Numbered from the stretch's first letter, positions 54,899-64,000 are shown. The stretch: DNA of 64,000 bases from an uncultured Solirubrobacterales bacterium (GCA_963801975.1 CAWDGR010000002.1:123642-187641); one strand, 5' to 3'. Numbers and translations are program-made. The notes: a model not told the origin generated them from the letters alone.

Positions 54899-56503
54899 TT
54901 ACTGCTGGTCTTCGCCCGGAGCCGACGCCGCATCTCCCGCATCCGGCGCCTGAAGCGCGGTCTCGGAATCGGGTGCTGCAACCGGGGCGGAGGGCAGAGG
55001 TGCATCCGGATCTGTCGCCGGCGGAGTCGGCTTGTCGATCGTCTGCCCGACCGTCGTCGGCTTGTCCTGGGTCGGGGCCTGCGGGTCGACGGCTGCGGGC
55101 GGTGGGGTCACGGTTGGTACATCTACGACCTTGCCGTCGAGGCCGTCGTCCGGCTTCTCGTCGTCGATCACTTCCGGCTCGGCGACATCGGGCGTCTCGG
55201 CCGGCGCCTCTGCGGGTTCTTCAGCCGTCACCTCGTCGGTCTCGACCGGCAGCACGGCGGGTACGACCGGCGGTTCAGAGTCGGCGGAGGCCGGGATCAC
55301 GGCCGCTCGCATCGTCGGCCGCATCGGTTGCGGGAGCGCGCTCGGTGACCTGCTTCACCGGGGGAGCCGCAGCCACGACCTTCGACGGGCCTTCGATGCC
55401 CTCGTTGGCGGCGTTGGTCGAAACCTGGCTCGAAACCTCAACTGCTCCGGCGGTGATCACGGCGGCGGTCACGACTCCGGCGATCGCCTTGATGCCGACC
55501 GCGCTGGTAACCGCACCGATACCGGAAGCCGCACCAGCGGCACCCGCGGCAGCACCCGCTGCGCCGGCCGCAGCACCCGCTGCGCCGCCGCACCAGCGGC
55601 ACCTGCTCCGGTGCCGACGGCCGCACTTCCGGCGGCGCCTGCTCCGGCGGTTGCTCCGGCTCCACCTGCGCCTGCGCCGGCTCCGGCTCCGCCGAATCCG
55701 ATCTTGGCGGCGATCGCCGCCTTGAGGGCGAGAAGCGGGCCGACCGGCATGATCATCGCCAGTACCTTGGAATCTGAACGAAGCTGCTTGCGGAAAGACT
55801 CGCATTCCTCGCAGTCGCGCACGTGGCGGCGGACCGGCCCGGAAGCCTTGGTCAGGCCTTCGGCGGCTTCCGCCAGCTCGACCCTGACTTCACCACAGGT
55901 CAGCATGCGGGCCTGGCTGGCTTCGGCGAGGGAGATCCGCGCCCGGACCAGCAGGGACTTGACCGACGGGACGGTCGCGTCCATCGCTTCGGCTATCTCT
56001 TCGTAGGAGAGCGCATCGATCTCCCGCAGCAGCAGCGCCGCGCGCTGGCTCTCTGGAAGTTTCGTCACATCGTTGAGCAGCTGTCTGAACTCTTCGCGGT
56101 TGTGGACCTTCTCGGCGGTCGAGCCGGCCTCGACCATCGGCACCATGTCCATTGATTCCTGGGCGTCGGCCTTGGGCTTGCGAAGGTGGTTGAGCGAGCG
56201 GTTGCGGGCGATCCGGTAGAGCCAGGGCCGCAGGTTGATCTCGCGGTTGTCGGCGATCATCGCCTTGTAGGCGTTGACAAAGACTTCCTGGAGCACGTCT
56301 TCGGCATCTTCGGTCGAGCCGATCATCTGGCGGCAGAAGCCCAGCAGCCTTGCCTGGTAGCGGTCGACGATGATGTCGAATGCTCCGGAGTTGCCACTTC
56401 TCACCAGGGCGACGAGCTGTTCGTCCCCCTTCAGCTTGAGCAGGGGTGACTTGCGCGTGAGTAGACCCCGACGTGCTGCATGGCTGAGAGTTGATGCTTC
56501 CAC
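54899..56503 (-). pseudogene. ECF sigma-70 factor read in frame into a zf-HC2 anti-sigma/TM/Gly-Ala/Pro-acidic extension, two frame breaks in the extension
   Basis: GTG 56503 with GGAG 4 nt upstream. Region 2 is FDIIVDRYQARLLGFCRQM...EDVLQEVFVNAYK...LRPWLYRIARN. Region 4 is LPESQRAALLLREIDALSYEEIAEAMDATVPSVKSLLVRAR. With no stop it continues into MLTCGEVRVEL...HVRDCEECESF (HxxxCxxC) and the TM segment VLAMIMPVGPLLALKAAIAA. The Gly/Ala-rich and Pro/Asp/Glu-rich tail continues in two further frames to 54899. Confidence 0.78.
55549..55590. repeat. 21-bp tandem duplication inside the Gly/Ala-rich coding segment
   Basis: GCAGCACCCGCTGCGCCGGCC (55549-55569) and GCAGCACCCGCTGCGCCGCCG (55570-55590). 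They are flanked by CACCAGCGGCACC at about 55532 and about 55591. Confidence 0.7.
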
Positions 56504-56631
56504 GGTTCTCCTTGGGACTGGTAGGCCGGAGGACTGACCCGGCTTGACACTGATAACACCGTAGCAACGCATATGTAGCGTTCTTTAAAGAAAATTCCGG
56601 TGGCTTCCTGCCGCCCGTTTACTATCCGGTT

Positions 56632-56716
56632 GCCCGGATGGCGGAACGGTAGACGCCGCGGCCTTAAAAGCCGCTGCCCCTCAGGGGGCGTGCGGGTTCG
56701 AATCCCGCTCCGGGTA
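56632..56716 (+). tRNA. tRNA-Leu (anticodon UAA), class II
   Basis: Acceptor GCCCGGA/TCCGGGT (G1:U72), D arm GGCG-GAACGGTAGA-CGCC, anticodon stem GCGGC/GCCGC with loop CTTAAAA, long variable arm TGCCCCTCAGGGGGCG, T arm GCGGG-TTCGAAT-CCCGC, and discriminator A. CCA is not encoded. Confidence 0.9.
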
Positions 56717-56773
56717 TCCTCCGGCTCCCGCTCCCCCGGGGGAGTATCCGACCGCGAACAGGAATGGGGACAT

Positions 56774-58175
56774 TTGGCGTCTGACAGACCGCATAAGGGC
56801 TGGGTCCGCTTCCTTACGATAGCTGTCGGCTTCCTGACGGTTCTGGCGATTCTGTCGACCTGGGTGGACCGGCAGATCTTCGATTCCCAGGAGTGGGGCG
56901 AGACCTCCCTCGAGATGCTTCAGGACCCTGCGATCCAGGACCAGGTCGCGACCTTCGCGGTTGACGAGCTATACGCCAACGTCGACGTCGAAGCCGAACT
57001 CGAGGACATCCTGCCCGGAGACTTCAAGTCGCTATCCGGTGTAGCAGCGGGTGGCCTCCGCCAGGTGGCCGACCAGGGAGCCAAACAGGCGCTGAACAAC
57101 CAGCGCGTTCAGGATCTCTGGGAGCGGGCCAATATCGCCGCGAACGAGACTCTCGTCGGGATAATTGAAGACGACAGCGAGGTCGTGAGCACCACGGACG
57201 GCAAGGTGACCCTCGAACTCCAGCCCCTGATAGTCGAGATCGCGGACCAGGTCGGACTCGGTCAGCAGGCCAGGGACAACATCCCCGCCTCGGTCGGGCA
57301 GATCGAGATCGTCGACTCCGAGCAGCTTTCCTCGGTGCAGACGGTGGCAACCCTTATTCACGGCACGGCGCTGATCAGCGCCTTGATCGGCCTGGCCCTG
57401 ATCGGCCTCGCGGTCTACCTTTCCCCGGGCTACCGCTGGCTCACCCTGCTCTGGATCGCAGGTGCGCTGATCATGGGTGCGCTGATCGTTCTCATCCTGC
57501 GCTCGGTGCTGGGCGGCATCCTCGTGCCCGAACTCGCCACACCGGACGTACAGCCTGCTGCCGATGCGGCCTACGGAATCGCTACGGGCCTGCTCAGCTC
57601 GATCGCCTGGACGGTGATCTGGAGCGCGATCCTGCTCGTACCGGTCTCCTGGCTGCTCTCCCCGACCAGGTCGGGCGAGTCGGCCCGGGCCTTCCTGGCG
57701 GTCCCCTTCGGCCGCTACCCGGGCGCCACCTTCGCTCTGCTCGGCCTGGTCGCCTTCATCTTCCTGCTGATGGGTGCCGGCGACCAGCGGGGCTTCCTGG
57801 TCCGCCTGATGATCGTGATCCTGGCCGGTATCGCCGCCTTCTTCTTCCGCAGGCGACTGGTCGAGGCCTATCCCGATGCGAGCTTCGGCGGCGGAATCAG
57901 TGAGTTCAGGGACCGTTCCCGGGAAAAGGCAAAGGAACTCTGGTCGAAGCTTCCGGGACGTAACGACGACGGGGCCGGCGAACCTGCCGCCCCGCCTTCC
58001 GCGAGCCTCGGCGGAGACGGATGTCCTGCCGATCACGCCGCCGGTCTCGACGGCCGACTCGGAGACGGCGCGGCTCGACCAGCTCGACCGACTCGCCGGA
58101 ATGCGGGATCGCGGCGTTCTCACCGATGAGGAGTTCGCTGAAGAGAAGCGGCGCCTGATGGGCGGCGGGGAGTAG
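56774..58175 (+). pseudogene. polytopic membrane protein with C-terminal SHOCT domain, frame break between about 57960 and 58030
   Basis: TTG 56774 is the first in-frame start after the tRNA. An N-terminal TM segment and a soluble domain of about 170 aa are followed by 5-6 TM segments. The SHOCT-like C-terminus LDQLDRLAGMRDRGVLTDEEFAEEKRRLMGGGE* lies in the 57876..58175 frame. Confidence 0.62.
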
Positions 58176-58194
58176 CGGTCCAGCGACTGCTGAC

Positions 58195-59731
58195 ATGGGC
58201 CTATGAGAAAGCGGGTCCGCGCTACCCGACGCTCTTCGTCGCCGCAGAACTGCAGTCCGCCTGGCTGATCGCTTTCGCCACCCTCGGAGTCTTCAGCCTC
58301 TACTACGACGAACCGATCGGCGAGTACGTCGAACTCGCCGCGGCGGTTCTCGCCCTCACGGCCCTGGTGATCGGGATCAGCCTGGTCCGCGCCTCGCAGT
58401 TCATGAGGCCGATCGGACGCTGGATCGCCAGTCCGGAAAGGCGCGAGAATCCGATACTCGCGACGCGGGCCTGGGAGGCGGCGGTCGGCGTTCCTTTTGC
58501 GGTCGCCGTCAGGGAGATGATCTGGCCCGTGGTCTTCGTCGCGATCCCCGGGGTCGTCGGATCGATCATCGTCTTCGATTTCAACCCGTTATCGGCGATT
58601 CCGTTGATGGCCGGATCGCTGATCGCGATCGGCTACGGCGGCGTCCTTCACTACTTCGGTATGGAGAGCGGCATGCGGCCGGTGCTCAAGGACATCAACC
58701 GCCAGCACGCCCCCTGGGCCCGCTCCGAGATCAAGGTCCTGCCGCTGCGCGTCAAGCTGATGGCTTCGCTTCCGCTGATCAACGTGATCGCGGGCCTGAC
58801 CGCGGCGGCGCTGTCGGGCAGCGGCGGAGGCGGTGCCGGCCTGGGGGTCGACGTGCTGATCGCGATCGGCGTCGCCGTTGCGGTAAGCCTGGTCCTGACT
58901 TTCATGCTCGCCGGGTCGGTGATCAGGCCGATCAACGACATCGAAGAAGGCATCGAGGCCGTCCGGGAAGGCAGGTTCGGCATCACGGTCCCGGTGACCA
59001 CGCCGGACGAGATCGGAAACCTCTCGGCGGCCTTCAACCAGATGTCGAAGGGGCTCGCCGAGCGCGAGCGGATCCGCGCCGCATTCGGCACCTACCTCGA
59101 CCGCAACGTGGCCGACCACATCCTCAGCGCCGAGCCCGGCGCAGCGGGAGCCGAGATGGAGGTCTCCCTCCTGTTCTCTGACGTTCGGGATTTCACCTCG
59201 TTCTCAGCTTCATCGGATGCGCCCCAGGTGGTGGCCAAGCTGAACGAACTCTTCGAGGCTGTGGTCCCGATCATCGCCGCCCACGGCGGCCACGTGAACA
59301 AGTTCATCGGCGACGGTCTGCTGGCTGTCTTCGGAGCACCCGAGCCCCATGCCGACCATGCCGAGCGCGCGGTCCGCTGCGCGATAGCCATGGCCCAGAG
59401 GGTGAACCACACCAGCGACGGCCTGCTCAGCATCGGAATCGGGGTCAACTCGGGCCGGGTCGTCGCCGGTTCGATCGGCGGCGCCGGCCGGCTCGACTAC
59501 TCGGTGATCGGAGACGCCGTCAATGTCGCATCCCGGGTGGAGAAGGCCACCCGTGACCTCGACGACGAGATCCTGATCACCGATGAGACGCGCCGGTCGG
59601 TCGGTAGCTCAGTCGAGCTTTCCAGCCGCGGCCTGATCACCCTCCGCGGCAAGCCGGACCCGGTGCGGGTCTGGGCTCCGGTGGTCGAGACCGCCGAGCG
59701 CCACCTGCCGGCCAATACGACCGTCGGCTGA
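58195..59731 (+). CDS. membrane-bound HAMP-domain adenylate/guanylate cyclase (5' end unresolved)
   Basis: HAMP is RPINDIEEGIEAVREGRFGITVPVTTPDEIGNLSAAFNQM. The class III cyclase domain is VSLLFSDVRDFTSFS...KFIGDGLLAVFGAP...GVNSGRVVAGSIG...YSVIGDAVNVASR. TM-like sequence continues upstream of GTG 58367 to about 58196 in the same frame with no start. The ATG at 58195 is one base out of frame. Confidence 0.85.
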
Positions 59732-59758
59732 GCGGGCGCAGTCGCGGGCCCGCCGGCC

Positions 59759-60730
59759 TCAGGGTGCCGGCAACTCCGCGGCGGCCCGGATCGCTCCGCC
59801 GTAGAGGATGTCGTGCTCGGAGACCTCGATCTCGCTGAGGTCGAAGGCCCGCATTATCTCGATCAGGATGACCAGTCCGGCGACGATCGCTTCGGCCCGG
59901 TCAGGATGGAGACCGGTCACCTGCCTGCGCGCAGCGAGCGGCATCGCCGAAAGGCGCGAGAGCCAGTGCTGGATGGTCGGCAGGCTCAATACGTGGCCCT
60001 CGACCACCTCGGGGTCGTAGGGCTCGAGGCCGAGGTCGATCGCGACCAGTGAGGCCGGAGTCCCCGCCACCGCGACGCCGCGCTCGATGGGAGGGAGTCG
60101 CTGGTCCTCCAGCGAGCCGGAGATCAGACGGTCGACGTCGTCGGCGAGGCGCTCGAGATCCGAGGCCGCCGGGGGGTCGCTGGTCAGCATTCGCTCGGTG
60201 TGCCGGACCACGCCCGCCTGGAGCGAACGGTGGAAGATTGCCTGCCGACCCCGGCCGACGATCAGTTCGGTCGAGCCACCACCGATGTCGGCCACCATCA
60301 GTACCTCGTCACCGTTGCGGCCCGCAGTGGTTCCGAGGTAAGTCGTCTGAGCTTCGGTGTCGCCGTCGAAGATTTCGGCCGACAGGGCGAAGCGCTCGCG
60401 CAGTTCGGCCACGAAGGCACCACCGTTTTCGGCGTCCCTGACGGCGCTGGTGGCTATCACCGAGGTCTTCGCGGCCCCGTATCCGGCGATCACCTCGACG
60501 TATCCGGCGACCGTCTCGCAGACCGCTTCGATCCCGTCGGCCGAAAGCCTGCCGGAGTGATCGACGCCACGCCCGAGACGGGTCACTCTGGTCCGGCGGT
60601 CGAGCGTCTTCACGTCGTTGCCGGCAACGTCGGCAACCAGCAGTCGGGTCGAGTTCGTGCCGATGTCGATCACCGCGACCCTTACGGTCGGGTCTCGACC
60701 GGGGTCACTCTCTGGAGGGGTCGCGTCCAA
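59759..60730 (-). CDS. Ppx/GppA family exopolyphosphatase
   Basis: RVAVIDIGTNSTRLLV...DIGGGSTELIV...GTPASLVAIDL. The start (TTG 60730) is tentative. Confidence 0.87.
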   Translation of the reverse strand: MDATPPESDPGRDPTVRVAVIDIGTNSTRLLVADVAGNDVKTLDRRTRVTRLGRGVDHSGRLSADGIEAVCETVAGYVEVIAGYGAAKTSVIATSAVRDAENGGAFVAELRERFALSAEIFDGDTEAQTTYLGTTAGRNGDEVLMVADIGGGSTELIVGRGRQAIFHRSLQAGVVRHTERMLTSDPPAASDLERLADDVDRLISGSLEDQRLPPIERGVAVAGTPASLVAIDLGLEPYDPEVVEGHVLSLPTIQHWLSRLSAMPLAARRQVTGLHPDRAEAIVAGLVILIEIMRAFDLSEIEVSEHDILYGGAIRAAAELPAP

Positions 60731-60796
60731 GGTGCAAGAGTAGTCGCTGGGCCGCCCTCGGTAGGTTTGCACCCAAGCAACCCGAGGAGCGCACAA

Positions 60797-61561
60797 GTGT
60801 CAGGTTCAATGGATGGTTCGGTAGTACTGGTCACCGGGGCCAGCAGCGGCATCGGCGAGGCCACCGCCCGCACCCTCGCCGCCCGGGGGGCGAAGGTCGC
60901 GCTGGTCGCCCGACGCGCCGACCGGCTCGAGAAGCTGGCGTCCGAGATCGCGGGCAACGGCCATACGGCCCTTGCCATCGAAGCTGACATCACCGACCAG
61001 CAGCAGGCGATCGACGCGGTCGAGCGCACGGTCGGTGACTTCGGCCGGCTCGACGTCCTGGTCAACAACGCCGGCGTGATGCTGCTCGGCCCGATGGCCG
61101 ACGCTCCCACCGAAGAATGGGACCGGATGATCGACATCAACCTCAAGGGCCTGCTCTACATGACCCACGCCGCTCTGCCGCACCTGATCGAGGGCGTAGG
61201 CAGTTCCGGGCGAGGGGCCACCGACATAGTCAACATCAGCTCGGTCGCCGGGCGTACAGTCACTCCGCATGGCGGCGTCTACAACCTGACCAAGCACGGT
61301 GTCGGCGCAGTGAGTGAGTCCTTGCGCCAGCAGCACAGCAAGGACGGGGTGCGGATCACGATCATCGAGCCGGGCGCCGTATCGACAGAACTGGTCGAAC
61401 ACAACCGCGAAGGCGTGCGTGAGGCGATCGAAGGCTTCATCTCGCAGATGACTCCGCTTGCGTCACAGGACATCGCGGAGGCGATCGAGTACGCGGTCAC
61501 CCGCCCAGCACACGTATCGGTGAACGAGATCCTGATCCGCCCGACCGACCAGCCCACCTGA
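60797..61561 (+). CDS. SDR family NAD(P)-dependent oxidoreductase
   Basis: VLVTGASSGIGEATA, NNAG, and the catalytic YNLTKHG context. GGAG lies upstream of GTG 60797, and ATG 60809 is an alternative start. Confidence 0.9.
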   Translation: MSGSMDGSVVLVTGASSGIGEATARTLAARGAKVALVARRADRLEKLASEIAGNGHTALAIEADITDQQQAIDAVERTVGDFGRLDVLVNNAGVMLLGPMADAPTEEWDRMIDINLKGLLYMTHAALPHLIEGVGSSGRGATDIVNISSVAGRTVTPHGGVYNLTKHGVGAVSESLRQQHSKDGVRITIIEPGAVSTELVEHNREGVREAIEGFISQMTPLASQDIAEAIEYAVTRPAHVSVNEILIRPTDQPT

Positions 61562-61726
61562 GACTGGAACGCCCGGGCCTGCCGGCCAGCGCGGCACCTC
61601 TCGGCCCCGGCCACACCCCTGCGTTCTGGCCTGATTTGAAGTCCGGATCGGGGGCAACTGCCGGGCAATGATCGCGACGATGCCAGACACGGCTTCCTGC
61701 CCGCGCCGTTGCGGGTTGTCCACGGA

Positions 61727-61756
61727 TTGAACCGGAAGCCGAGGTTCCCCTATAAT
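61727..61756 (+). promoter_or_regulatory. sigma-70-type promoter for the initiator tRNA
   Basis: TTGAAC (61727-61732), an 18-nt spacer, then TATAAT (61751-61756). The tRNA 5' end is 13 nt downstream. Confidence 0.55.
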
Positions 61757-61768
61757 GGTCGGTTCCGC

Positions 61769-61842
<74 letters not shown>

Positions 61843-61862
61843 TGTCCTTCGGGACCACCGCC

Positions 61863-61894
61863 AGACCCTCTCTCGCCAGAGGGTCTTTGGTGTT
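61863..61894 (+). terminator. rho-independent terminator after the initiator tRNA
   Basis: AGACCCTCT-CTCGCC-AGAGGGTCT followed by TTGGTGTT. Confidence 0.65.
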
Positions 61895-62098
61895 AAGGGC
61901 CGATTTGTCAAAGCAGCGAACCGCTCCGAACTCGCGTGACAACTGTTACGTTAGGTACTGCATCACAGCGACCTCGGCGAAATCCCTTTCCGAGAACCCC
62001 GTTCCGGGAAGGCTCCAATCAAAATTCGCCGAAGTTTCTTCCGCCGCACAGGCCTCCTCGCCCTGCCCGAAACCCAGAAGATCACCCAGGTTCGCCAC

Positions 62099-63952
62099 AT
62101 GAGACTGGGCGCCTGCCTGATTTTCCTGCTGGGGGCGTTGGCAATCATCCCCCAGGCCGCAACTGCCGGCCCCCTGTTTTCCCCAAAGAGCGACTTTGCG
62201 ACAGGCATGAACCCCGCTGATGTGGCCAGCGAGGACTTCAATGGTGATGACAAGCCGGATCTTGCGGTCACCAATCTGCTTTCCGACAGCGTTTCGATCC
62301 TGCTCGGCAACGGCAGCGGAGGCTTCGGGGCAAAGACCGATTTCCCCACCGCCAGGTATCCGGATGATGTGATCAGCGAGGACTTCAACGACGACACCAA
62401 CATGGACCTCGCGATCGTGAACATTTCTGCGGACAGCGTTTCGATTCTGCTCGGAAACGGCAGCGGTGGATTCGGTACAAAGACCGATTTCCCGGTGGGC
62501 GACTACCCCCGCTCGCTGGCCAGCGAGGACTTCAACAACGACGGCAAGCTCGATCTGGCGGTGGCCAACTGGAGTTCCAACTCCGTCTCGGTCCTGCTCG
62601 GAAACGGCAGCGGAGGCTTCGGACCAAAAACCGACATAACGATTGCCAGTGAGCCCAAGTCCATAGTCAGCGAGGACTTCAACAACGACGACAAGCCAGA
62701 TCTGGTGGTTGCCAGTGGCTTGCCGTCAAAAGTCTCGATCCTGCTCGGCAACGGCACAGGGGGCTTCGGGGCAAGAACCGACTTCCCCAGCGCCTCGGGT
62801 GCCGTTTCGATAGGCAGCGATGATTTCAATGGTGACGGCAACCCGGACCTTGCGGCAGTCAATGGCCAAGACGGCGCTTCGAGTGCCACGGTCCGGCTCG
62901 GTAGCGGCACCGGTGGTTTCGGGGTGGAAGCCGTGTTTACTTCCGGTGCCAGATCGGCGAATCTGACCAGTGAGGATTTCAATGAGGACGGTGAGGTTGA
63001 CCTTGCGGTTTCAAACAATGAGTCATTCACCGTTTCGATCCTGCTCGGCGACGGCAACGGCTCCCTGGCACCAAAGATCGATTTCCCGGTGGGTGTCAGG
63101 CCAAACGGATTGGCGAGCGAGGACTTCAATGGTGATGACAACCCCGATCTCGCGGTCACCAGCGCCAATGGTCACAACGTCTCGATCCTGCTCGGCAATG
63201 GGGACACCGATGCGCCCGAGACTACGATCGATTCCGGGCCTGCGGACACCATCGCAACCAATGAGGCGACCTTCACCTTCAGCGGTTCCTCAATCGGGGG
63301 CACCGACAGTTTCGAGTGCAAGCTCGATTCCGGCGCGTTCGCAGCCTGCACCAGCCCCAAGACTTTCACCGGCCTCTCCGACGGCGCCCACACCGCGAGC
63401 TTCAGGGCCAGGGACGCTGCCGGCAATCAGGACCCGACCCCGGCAACCCAAACCTTCATCGTCGGCACAAACCCGTTCGACACGGCTGCCTGCGTGGAGG
63501 CCACCGAGACGCTGATTGGGAAGATCAGGAGCGCCAAGCTTGACGTTTTCAATGCAGAGAAGGGACTGAAAGAGGCGAAAGAGGCGTACAAGAATCGCCG
63601 TTCGGTGAAATACGTCAATCCTAGGAGGGCGGCGAAGCAACTCCGGCGCGAGCGAAGTGCCGCGGCGAAAAAACTCGACCGGAAAGAAGTCCTCCTCAAG
63701 AAGGTCTACAAGGACTTCGGGAAAAAGAAGGCCTCGGCTTGTGGCAAGATCGTCATCAATCGCCTCTGCAAGGCAGCCAAGAATGAACTGACCAAGAGCC
63801 GGAAAAGGTTGAAAACCAGGAAGGCTGCGGTGAAGCGGTCCAACCACGGATCAACATCAAAATCCCGAAGGCAGAGGATGGAAGAAATCCTGGCCAAGGC
63901 CAATCTTGGGGTCGAAACCGCCTTGGAAGTCAAGCGCGTTGCCTGCGGCTAG
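62099..63952 (+). CDS. secreted FG-GAP/VCBS-repeat (7-blade beta-propeller type) protein with Ig-like domain and Lys-rich coiled-coil tail
   Basis: Signal peptide MRLGACLIFLLGALAIIPQAATA. Seven repeats of the form SEDFNGDxKPDLAV.N..S.SVSILLGNGSGGFG.KTDFP. These are followed by TTIDSGP...ATFTFSG...FECKLDSGAFAACTSPKTFTGLSDGAHTASFRARDAAGNQDPTPA and about 150 aa rich in Lys/Arg/Glu. Confidence 0.9.
   Translation: MRLGACLIFLLGALAIIPQAATAGPLFSPKSDFATGMNPADVASEDFNGDDKPDLAVTNLLSDSVSILLGNGSGGFGAKTDFPTARYPDDVISEDFNDDTNMDLAIVNISADSVSILLGNGSGGFGTKTDFPVGDYPRSLASEDFNNDGKLDLAVANWSSNSVSVLLGNGSGGFGPKTDITIASEPKSIVSEDFNNDDKPDLVVASGLPSKVSILLGNGTGGFGARTDFPSASGAVSIGSDDFNGDGNPDLAAVNGQDGASSATVRLGSGTGGFGVEAVFTSGARSANLTSEDFNEDGEVDLAVSNNESFTVSILLGDGNGSLAPKIDFPVGVRPNGLASEDFNGDDNPDLAVTSANGHNVSILLGNGDTDAPETTIDSGPADTIATNEATFTFSGSSIGGTDSFECKLDSGAFAACTSPKTFTGLSDGAHTASFRARDAAGNQDPTPATQTFIVGTNPFDTAACVEATETLIGKIRSAKLDVFNAEKGLKEAKEAYKNRRSVKYVNPRRAAKQLRRERSAAAKKLDRKEVLLKKVYKDFGKKKASACGKIVINRLCKAAKNELTKSRKRLKTRKAAVKRSNHGSTSKSRRQRMEEILAKANLGVETALEVKRVACG
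62200..63190 (+). repeat. intragenic tandem repeats (about 140-150 bp period) encoding the FG-GAP blades
   Basis: For example, GACAGCGTTTCGATCCTGCTCGGCAACGGCAGCGGAGGCTTCGGGGCAAAGACCGATTTCCCC (about 62287) recurs with few changes at about 62432 and in more diverged form at about 62579, 62733, 63030 and 63178. Confidence 0.7.
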
Positions 63953-64000
63953 CTGCCCGTGGACGGGAGATAGTCCGATGGCTAACGTCCAGAAGAAGAA

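Noticed and set aside
56590-56631. Promoter for tRNA-Leu (TACTAT at 56620-56625 with the AT-rich tract TTCTTTAAAGAAAATT upstream).
   Set aside because: The -10 is plausible, but I could not find a convincing -35 at 16-18 nt spacing. It is left as a remark rather than a feature.
56600-56773. 5' extension of the 509-aa ORF back to 56600.
   Set aside because: This part overlaps the tRNA-Leu gene on the same strand and translates to low-complexity Arg/Gly sequence. The first plausible start after the tRNA is TTG 56774.
62200-63190. Regular repeats of about 145 bp that could be mistaken for a CRISPR-like or satellite array.
   Set aside because: The repeats are in frame inside one long ORF and encode FG-GAP propeller blades. 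There is no short-repeat/unique-spacer organisation and there are no cas genes. No CRISPR array was seen anywhere in the window.
63978-64000. Start of another ORF (ATGGCTAACGTCCAGAAGAAGAA) after GGGAGA.
   Set aside because: Only 7 codons lie inside the window, so there is nothing to support a call.

Overview
High-GC, gene-dense chromosomal core region with Actinomycetota-type synteny: tatD-rsmA-ispE, metG-rsmI, tRNA-Gln-glmU-prs, rplY-pth, and mfd-mazG-eno-ftsB. The class (perhaps Thermoleophilia/Rubrobacteria-like) is only an inference. I can support about 55 protein genes, 3 tRNAs (Gln-UUG, Leu-UAA, initiator Met-CAU), a few intrinsic terminators and one good promoter. I found no transposase, integrase, CRISPR array, rRNA or recognisable defence system. 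The strongest signal is that about 15 otherwise well-conserved genes have reading frames broken by apparent single-base indels. One secreted S15/CocE-type hydrolase has at least 8 breaks, and a 420-bp stretch spanning the fmdB tail and the WS/DGAT 5' end has three clear breaks plus two possible ones. The longest housekeeping genes (lon, typA, glyQS, metG, glmU, mfd, eno) are intact. This is either clustered assembly or homopolymer error, or very recent selective gene inactivation, and sequence alone cannot separate the two. Other items worth a second look: an ECF sigma factor reading in frame into its zf-HC2 anti-sigma domain; a tRNA-Leu(UAA) next to it, with a rare TTA codon in the nearby HAMP-adenylate cyclase; a zinc-ribbon rhomboid homologue in which all four catalytic positions look substituted; an orphan csrA with no fliW nearby; a Lys/Arg-rich C-terminal module shared by three secreted proteins; and a lower-GC FG-GAP/VCBS repeat gene directly downstream of the initiator tRNA. 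I did not find a clearly novel multi-gene system, and the hypotheses below are labelled as such.
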